Shown here one piece after another: positions 55,870 through 64,000 of a DNA stretch of 64,000 bases (the first letter of the stretch is position 1; each line of letters begins with the position of its first letter). The notes under the pieces were generated by a model, which was not told where the DNA came from, made no database searches, and saw only the letters and a list, made by a program, of their open reading frames with translations. Where the stretch lies: assembly GCA_040954595.2 (NCBI GenBank), contig CM082589.2, forward strand, positions 8,688,232 through 8,752,231, written 5' to 3'. The DNA is from Balanoglossus misakiensis (taxonomy: Eukaryota > Animalia > Hemichordata). A program made the translations under genes and the position numbers.

Positions 55870-56600
55870 TGAAATACCTATTTAAGAACCTTGGTAATTT
55901 CTGAGCGATAAATTACGATGATTGTTAATTTGTAATGAGAAAATATCATCGCATCGACTGAAAATAACTCTTTGTCAGCTAGAACCTTGAGTTGTTTTGA
56001 CTTTATAGGGTGTAAAACGTAAGAACCACGATTTTTCGGTAAGAAACACGGCTTTGCATGAAACTGCCTATTTTCATGCACAGCCGTGGTTCTTACCGAA
56101 AAATCGTGGTTCTTACGTTTTACACCCTACAAAGTCAAAACAAGTCAGTGTTCTAGCTGACAAAGTCTTATTTTTAGTCGATGCGATGATAATTTCTCAT
56201 TAAAAATTAACAATTACCGCTCTATAGCTCTCTCATATCAGCAAGGTTCTTAGATAGGCAGTTTCATGCATTGCCGTGGTTCTTACCGAAAAATCGTGGT
56301 TCTTACCGAAAAATCGTGGTTCTTACGTTATACAGCCTACAAAGTCAAAAATTTTCAAGGTTCTAGCTTACAAAGTCTTAATTTTAGTCGATGCGATGAT
56401 AATTTGTCATTAAAAATTATCAATTACCGCTCTATAGCTCTCTCATATCATCAAGGTTCTTAGATAGGCAGTTTCATGCATAGCCGTGGTTCTTACCGAA
56501 AAATCGTGGTTCTCACGTTATACAGTCTACAAAGTCAAAAGTTTTCAAGGTTCTAGCTCACGAAGTCTTAATTTTAGTCGATGGGATGATAATTTCTCAT
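55870..56600. repeat. About 197-bp repeat: one inverted copy followed by about 2.7 direct copies
   Basis: Motif gccgtggttcttaccgaaaaatcgtggttcttacg; the orientation switches near 56070. Confidence 0.85.
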
Positions 56601-56952
56601 TAAGGTGGCATTGCATGAAAACTAGTGATTTTTGCCAAATTTTACTTTTTTACATAAATCGGTAGGTCTAGTACTGACCCACATTCTGACAAATGCGTCT
56701 TGGTGGAAATGGTACATAATCACCCAAAAATAGCATTTTTTGAATGAGTCCGCAGCTGCACGCGTTCTTGTTTACCTACAGACGATAAAGCACCGTAATT
56801 TACGTTAAACGGTTTCACACCGAAGTCATGATTGACATGGATTATGCAAAATAGTTGCTAAAAGGCAGAGGTCAAATAAAGATCATTAACAATACATATA
56901 GGTCTCAGCTGCATATCTTCATTACAAACATTACAAAGATCACAGTGCAAAG

Positions 56953-59900
56953 ATGGACATCCAAGTGCGTTCCCGTCGCAGAAAACGTAGGCGAGGATTA
57001 AAAAACAGAATTTCAAAAGATGGATCGCGAGCGACCTTGAACGTGTCCAAGCGCTAGCCAGCAAGCAAACTGGTTCTGACACAGAGTCCGACGCATGGGA
57101 TATGGATGGCAGTTACGATTCGGACGACCACTTCGCAGGAGGGGATTTGCCTTCGCAGCCGGGTACGAGTGCTTCTTTTCAAAACGTGGCACTGGATGGA
57201 TTTGCTGCGGCAGACACCACTGAAGACCAACTTGAAGAAACTTTACGTATAATAGATTTATCTATGCTGAACCACGTACTTGAGAAAGTTGCCCTGTGTA
57301 AACTTTGTACAAAAGGGACAGTCAAGATCGTTGAGACGTACTTTATTGCAGGGCTGGGGAAGTAATTTCCGAGCGTCCTGTAACAATCCCGCCTGCCCAA
57401 GATCTATCGCTTCAATTGATCGAGAATTCTATTCATCCAAGAAGACGGGCAAAGTTTTCGATATCAACAGGAAAAAAGTCCTTGCTATGCGTGCCGTCGG
57501 AAGTGGACGAAGGGGGTGCGTGAAATTGTCAGCGTACCTGGGACTTCCGGCCCCTGTCTGGCACCACCCGTATCAGAAGCACGTCGCTGGCATGGCGGAT
57601 ACCACTGAGCAGAAAATTGACCAAGAATTTGTGAAAGCTGCCCAGGAATTGAGAGAGCTCAAATTTGAAATTGGGGAGATTTCTTCGGTCGATGAAACCG
57701 CGAATGTAGCAGTTTCGGTCGACGGGTCTTGGACCACAAGAGGCTTTTCATCGATGTACGGCTTTGTTAGCTGCATTTCAATGGATACAGGTAAATTTCA
57801 AATTCTGTCATAAAATTTACTTGTAATCATTGTTATCCTTTTATCAGTGTTTATATATATATATATATATATATATTCAACGATATCACTCAGAAAACAC
57901 GCCGATTATCAATTTGGCTCCGCGTCTATAGCAGTGATCAACCACAAGGTAAATACATGTGAGCCAGCGATTGCAGGAAATGACTATAATAATGTAATGT
58001 GTATGCTGTCATAACTACCAGGAAATATTTTGTGTGTGTTTCAGGAGAATATTATCTTCAAAAGCACTGACTACATGTACATGTATATTGTTACAGGCTT
58101 CAAAGCTGTTTTTTTTGTTCGCCTGTATTAATGCAAAAGCCGAGCGTACAACACCCTATGCCGAGCTATTGTCCAATGTGTGAAAAAGGTCGTTAGGCTG
58201 GTCGTTGACATCACCCAGCTGCTAACTTATCACCAGAGCAAATTCTGATGATTTTTGAACTACGAATTTAGGAAAGATTCGTCTTCCCCTTTCTTTATAA
58301 AGACAGTCACTGGCAATGAATGTGGAATGTGCAAAAGATTTATCAAATCTAGGAAGAGCCCAACTTCACGCATTTATAATTGTGGTTGTCGGTCTGAGAC
58401 ACCTTGAAGAAAATCACGCAACGTCTTGCAAGATTGTCACAAAAGTCGAGTCAGTATTGATAAAGCGGCATCTCTGACCACAAGCTGATTTGCGATGACA
58501 TGTTTTACTGCCATTCTCTTTCAGGCAAGGTCTTGTACAGGCATATTTTGTCTGCAAGGTGCAGCCAATGTCAAAAATGGGAGCAGAAACCAAAGGACCA
58601 TGTGTACATGGAATGGTTTATCGAGCATGAACCCAATTGCGAGATAAACCATGACGGATCTGCCAAAAGCATGGAAGACGCTGGGGTTCGGATACTGTTC
58701 GAAAGGTCAATAGAAAAGCACAACTTTCGGTAAGAAAATATACATTATTACTTGTAAAAGTATCGACGATTTGTCATGATAAACTCTACCCTTATATTTG
58801 GTTCTGCAACTGTGGTAACAATCCATTTCTTTCGAAGACGGTTTACAGTTTCAGCAAGACAACTCTTCGGTGTTATTACAAATTTCACTTGTTAATGTCA
58901 TTGTTTTTTTTTTACATAAATGTACAAAGTGAAAAAATAATCACATCTTTCCCCTTTATTTGTATACACAGGTACACCAAGTACATTGGAGATGGGGATA
59001 GTTCAGCGTACACAAGTGTGAGAGACGTTTATGAAGGTGACGGCATAATTGTCGAGAAAGAAGATTGTGTCGGCCACATACAGAAGAGAATGGGAACCCA
59101 TTTAAGAAAACTTGTGGATAAGAGTAAAGGTAAACAAAACTACACAGATTTTAAAATTTATAAATGATTATTACACCTCACGTATTATACCATATTCGTG
59201 ATTGGCTGAGACGCGCTCACGTGATATAGAAAAAAAGTGATATAACATGGCTAGAGTTGATAAAGCCCTGTCGTGTGCGCTGATATTGCCCGCTGGGTTG
59301 TTTTGTGTTCTGCGCGCGACTTCTGCGCGTTCCAAACTGTCGTTCAATGGCTTCCTCCACGATCAGTCAACTCCCGCATCTATGGCTTCAAAGCGACACA
59401 TAGGCTTAACACCTGTTCAACTGGACGATATTTTACCGCAAACGGACAGTAAATACAACAAAATCGCAACCAACAGTGCAGTATTTTCAAAATAATCTAA
59501 GTTCGAAGTAGGTATCGTATAATTCTGCGGCTCGGGCATCATCAATATTATAGTCAGAGATCACCATCCCTCGTGCAGGCTTCAAATCGTGATATTGCCC
59601 TCGCTATCATGTGTTATTATTTAACTGCATGGACTCTTCATATTTTAGTACAATGTCATTCAATACTTCATTAGTCCTGTTGCGAGTACATCTATAGGAT
59701 GGCCATTAAATTGATCGAAAATGTGTTTCTTTTTTCTAACAGGTGGAAAACTTGAAGATGGTAAAGGGTTGACAGGCCGAAACCGGTTGACAAACCAAAT
59801 GATTAATGCCTTCCAGGTTTTCTATGGGATTGCCATTCGGAACAACAAAGGTAAGGCGAAACTTAAAATAAATATTTGACATGTGCTGACATGACAAAGT

Positions 59901-60747
59901 GGTAGGCAACACAGAAAAATACGTGCATTTTTCTATGTCTTCTTGAAAATCTCTTCAGTATATGCCTAGGCTGAAAAATTGAAACAAGAAATGTGTCATC
60001 CAACTATCATGGTCTCAGGATCATTTATTGACATTACATAACTTCAATTTTGATTCAGGTAACATAGTCGAGATGGGCAGGCAGACTCGGGCAATTCTGG
60101 AGCATTATTCAAGTACAAGTGAGTTGCCCCGTCATGACAACTGCGCCAAGGTTGCCAAAAGCTGGTGCAAATGGCAGCAGGATCGAGTAACTGGAACGAC
60201 TACGTATAGACCACTGAAACATCCACTCGCTCCAGCCATCGTCAATGTCGTTCAACCAATCATCAACAAATTGTCAGATGAGACTCTTCTGAAGGGAGCA
60301 GAAAACTGCTATACGCAGAATCAGAATGAAAGTATGCATAGCACGATGTGGAACTGGCTTCCCAAAGAACAGTACCATGGTTGGAACGAGATTCGGCTGG
60401 GAGTCAACATGGCAGTCGCTCACTTCAATTCGGGAATGGCCAGTTTCAACACCGACTTGTATTTGTCCTGTAAGTTCAATGTGAGTATGTCCTCTAGAAA
60501 ATCGTGGTTAGGCCTAGACCACGGAAGAGTTTACCATGCAGAATACAAGTCCGACGCGTCGGTTAAACTACAAAGAAAACGGCTAAAGAGAAGGCGTCTA
60601 CAGAAGTTGGATAAATTCCAGTACACGGAGGGCGAGAATTACCAAGCCGGTGCATTCGACAAGGCCACAGTTACATCTGGACCCAGGCGCTGCAAATCAT
60701 GTTTACAGCCCATGAGACGACACCCACGAGGACAGTGTAGAGAGTGA
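56953..60747 (+). pseudogene. Five-exon DDE transposase (Kolobok / 'Mutator-like transposase' type) with apparent frameshifts in exon 1
   Basis: Exons at about 56953-57790, 58525-58729, 58972-59129, 59743-59850 and 60059-60747, with in-phase GT-AG junctions. Motifs: VDGSWTTRGFSS, YIGDGDS, EDCVGHIQKRMG, YTQNQNES and a C-terminal CxxC...H...C. One frame break at ctgggga (about 57357) and another near 57000-57057. Confidence 0.88.
59183..59620. repeat. Interspersed repeat in transposase intron 3 (similar architecture to the 3370 element)
   Basis: Begins tattataccatattcgtgattggctgag and has a later partly palindromic cgggca...tgccc tract. Confidence 0.35.
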
Positions 60748-61062
60748 CACTGACAAACCGAGAAATCAGCAACATTTGTGTAATGCATCAATGTAGATTG
60801 TATTACCAAGTAAATACTGGGAATTTCAATGTCTGGATGCTGATTGTGATCATTTGTTTATGTTTGACGGGATTCATAGATGATGTTCTGTGCTGATAAA
60901 TCAGAGACAACAGAATATTTGTAATGTGATGTTCAAATATTTATTAAAATCCACTTACAGTGCAGTGCAGTAAATGCAGTAAAATGTCAGTACATGTAAT
61001 AGAAAAAAAATAATTTAGGGTTTATTTCATATCAATGGAAATAATGTAAATTCGGGTATCTT

Positions 61063-61629
61063 CTAAAGTTTGGCAGAAATGGCGTCAACAAACTCTTCCA
61101 TGGTAACGTCGTAGGCACCCTGCAATTAAGAAATTACAAATGAATTCAGACCTATTACCTCAATGTATAACCGTCATTTACTGTTTTCTATTCAAATCAG
61201 TCATTGTATAGGAAAAATATATGTGGTGTCTTTTTGTCATTGTTATGTGAAACCGGTTAACACCACCCATTTATTTGTTGATTTATTTTGCAATCTTCTT
61301 TTATTTCATATGAGGTACTTTGCTATAAACTGAAGCTGAATTTACTTTGTAGAGGTTTCAAACTACTGTTCTTGTACAAAACCCTTGACAATTAAATTAG
61401 ATAGGAAATTCAAAATAGAGTGTACCTTTATTAACACATCTTTCTTGTCCACATCTTACAGTGTAATAAATTTCCTTCGTTTGAGATTCATGACAGTTGA
61501 CACCCGAATAAAGTTTTCACATACCTGCAACAGTTCCCCTTTTATATTCCTTGGCAATAGCTTGCGTAAATAGACCAGCACCACTGGAGGATAGCTATAT
61601 TGCGCACCAACGGGTCCAACTTCTTTGGC
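61063..61629 (-). CDS. 3' exons of a convergent accessory gene of the transposon (KolX-like by position)
   Basis: Minus-strand exons 61629-61525 (ctgtag| ... |gtatgt, 105 nt) and 61119-61063 (ttgcag| ... TAG) join in phase 0: AKEVGPVGAQYSYPPVVLVYLRKLLPRNIKGELLQ-GAYDVTMEEFVDAISAKL*. Confidence 0.65.
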
Positions 61630-61645
61630 CTACAGTAAGTACAAG

Positions 61646-64000
61646 GAAGTAAGCTTTCAGCCTACCAATTGTATTTTCCACTTTTTGTAAGTGAAGCCTG
61701 ACTGTCGCCTGTCTTAGGTCACCACTTCATAAGCGGTCTTACCCGTCATTGGCACAAACAGTCTCAGGAAGTAAGCTTTCAGCCTACCAATTGTATTTTC
61801 CACTTTTTGTAAGTGAAGCCTGACTGTCGCCTGTCTTAGGTCAGCACTTCATAAGCGGTCTTACCCGTCATTGGCACAAACAGTCTCAGGAAGTAAGCTT
61901 TCAGCCTACCAATGTAGCTATTATATTTTCCACTTTTTGTAAGTGAAGCCTGACTGTCGCCTGTCTTAGGTCACCACTTTATAAGCGGTCTTACCCGACA
62001 TTGGCACAAACAGTCTCAGGAGGTAAGCTTTCAGCCTACCAATGTAGCTATTATATTTTCCACTTTTTGTAAGTGAAGCCTGACTGTCGCCTGTCTTAGG
62101 TCACCACTTCATAAGCGGTCTTACCCGTCATTGGCACAAACAGTCTCAGGACGTAAGCTTTCAGCCTACCAATGTAGCTATTGTATTTTCCACTTTTTGT
62201 AAGTGAAGCCTGACTGTCGCCTGTCTTAGGTCACCACTTCATAAGCGGTCTTACCCGTCATTGGCACAAACAGTCTCAGGAAGTAAGCTTTCAGCCTACC
62301 AATGTAGCTATTGTATTTTCCACTTTTTGTAAGTGAAGCCTGACTGTCGCCTGTCTTAGGTCACCACTTCATAATCGGTCTTTCCCGTCATTGGCACAAA
62401 CAGTCTCAGGAAGTAAGCTTTCAGCCTACCAATGTAGCTATTGTATTTTCCACTTTTTGTAAGTGAAGCCTGACTGTCGCCTGTCTTAGGTCACCACTTC
62501 ATAAGCGGTCTTACCCGTCATTGGCACAAACAGTCTCAGGAAGTAAGCTTTCAGCCTACCAATGTAGCTATTGTATTTTCCACTTTTTGTAAGTGAAGCC
62601 TGACTCTCGCCTGTCTTAGGTCACCACTTCATAAGCGGTCTTTCCCGTCATTGGCACAAACAGTCTCAGGAAGTAAGCTTTCAGCCTACTAATGTAGCTA
62701 TTGTATTTTCCACTTTTTGTAAGTGAAGCCTGACTGTCGCCTGTCTTAGGTCACCACTTCATAAGCGGTCTTACCCGTCATTGGCACAAACAGTCTCAGG
62801 AAGTAAGCTTTCAGCCTACCAATGTAGCTATTGTATTTTCCACTTTTTGTAAGTGAAGCCTGAGTGTCGCCTGTCTTAGGTCACCACTTCATAAGCGGTC
62901 TTTCCCGTCATTGGCACAAACAGTCTCAGGACGTAAGCTTTTAGCCTACCAATGTAGCTATTATATTTTCCACTTTTTGTAAGTGAAGCCTGACTGTCGC
63001 CTGTGTTAGGTCACCACTTCATAAGCGGTCTTACCCGTCATTGGCACAAACAGTCTCAGGAAGTAAGCTTTCAGCCTACCAATGTAGCTATTGTATTTTC
63101 CACTTTTTAAAGTGGAGCCTGACTGTCGCCTGTCTTAGGTCACCACTTCATAAGAGGTCTTACCCGTCATTGGCACAAACAGTCTCAGGAAGTTAGCTAT
63201 CAGCCTACCAATGTAGCTATTGTATTTTCCACTTTTTGTAAGTGAAGCCTGACTGTCGCCTGTCTTAGGTCACCACTTCATAAGCGGTCTTACCCGTCAT
63301 TGGCACAAACAGTCTCAGGAAGTAAGCTTTCAGGCTACCAATGTAGGTATTATATTTTCCACTTTTTGTAAGTGAAGCCTGACTGTCGCCTTTCTTAGGT
63401 CACCACTTCATAAGCGGTCTTTCCCGTCATTGGCACAAACAGTCTCAGGAAGTAAGCTTTCAGCCTACCAATGTAGCTATTGTATTTTCCACTTTTTGTA
63501 AGTGAAGCCTGACTGTCGCCTGTCTTAGGTCACCACTTCATAAGCGGTCTTACCCGTCATTGGCACAAACAGTCTCAGGAAGTAAGCTTTCAGCCTACCA
63601 ATTGTATTTTCCACTTTTTGTAAGTGAAGCCTGACTGTCGCCTGTCTTAGGTCAGCACTTCATAAGCGGTCTTACCCGTCATTGGCACAAACAGTCTCAG
63701 GAAGTAAGCTTTCAGCCTACCAATGTAGCTATTATATTTTCCACTTTTTGTAAGTGAAGCCTGACTGTCGCCTGTCTTAGGTCACCACTTCATAAGCGGT
63801 CTTACCCGTCATTGGCACAAACAGTCTCAGGAAATAAGCTTTCAGCCTACCAATGTAGCTATTATATTTTCCACTTTTTGTAAGTGAAGCCTGACTGTCG
63901 CCTGTCTTAGGTCACCACTTCATAAGCGGTCGTACCCGTCATTGGCACAAACAGTCTCAGGAAGTAAGCTTTCAGCCTACCAATGTAGCTATTGTATTTT
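61646..64000. repeat. 130-bp satellite with 121-bp deletion variants, about 18 units, running off the window
   Basis: Unit aagtaagctttcagcctaccaatgtagctattgtattttccactttttgtaagtgaagcctgactgtcgcctgtcttaggtcaccacttcataagcggtcttacccgtcattggcacaaacagtctcagg. Confidence 0.97.

Larger units (their letters stand above)
56604..64000 (+). mobile_element. Kolobok-like DDE DNA transposon (right end beyond the window)
   Basis: Starts TTAA|GGTGGCATTGCATGAAA, interrupting the 197-bp repeat at its ctcaTTAA site. Contains a spliced transposase and a convergent second gene. Confidence 0.75.

Noticed and set aside
61646-64000. Possible repeated + strand exon in each 130-bp unit (tgtcttag|...gaa|gtaagc)
   Set aside because: It would be 53 nt, which is not frame-preserving and has a stop in one frame. 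It lies downstream of the transposase stop and is probably a chance match.

Overview
AT-rich, intron-containing animal genomic DNA. It looks like a marine invertebrate, but the taxon cannot be fixed from the sequence alone. (1) 817-10263 (+): the last 12 coding exons of DNA-PKcs (PRKDC), covering the PI3K-like kinase domain and the FATC C-terminus. All splice sites are GT-AG and in phase; the introns carry MITEs. (2) About 13.6-44 kb: a transposon-dense block with PIF/Harbinger-type TIR elements, nested Helentron-type (HINE) elements, fold-back MITEs and Crypton-like palindromic elements. It includes a tandem duplication that carries six homologous, apparently non-coding exon cassettes with intact splice signals. 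(3) A 50-bp minisatellite and a 6.8-kb 90-bp satellite with higher-order structure; the long repetitive ORFs there are artefacts. (4) A DIRS-type tyrosine-recombinase fragment. (5) From 56604 to the window end: a large TTAA-inserted Kolobok-like DNA transposon with a 5-exon, frameshifted DDE transposase. It also has a convergent spliced accessory gene that the ORF track misses, whose intron holds a 130-bp satellite. A MITE derived from this transposon family sits inside a PRKDC intron.
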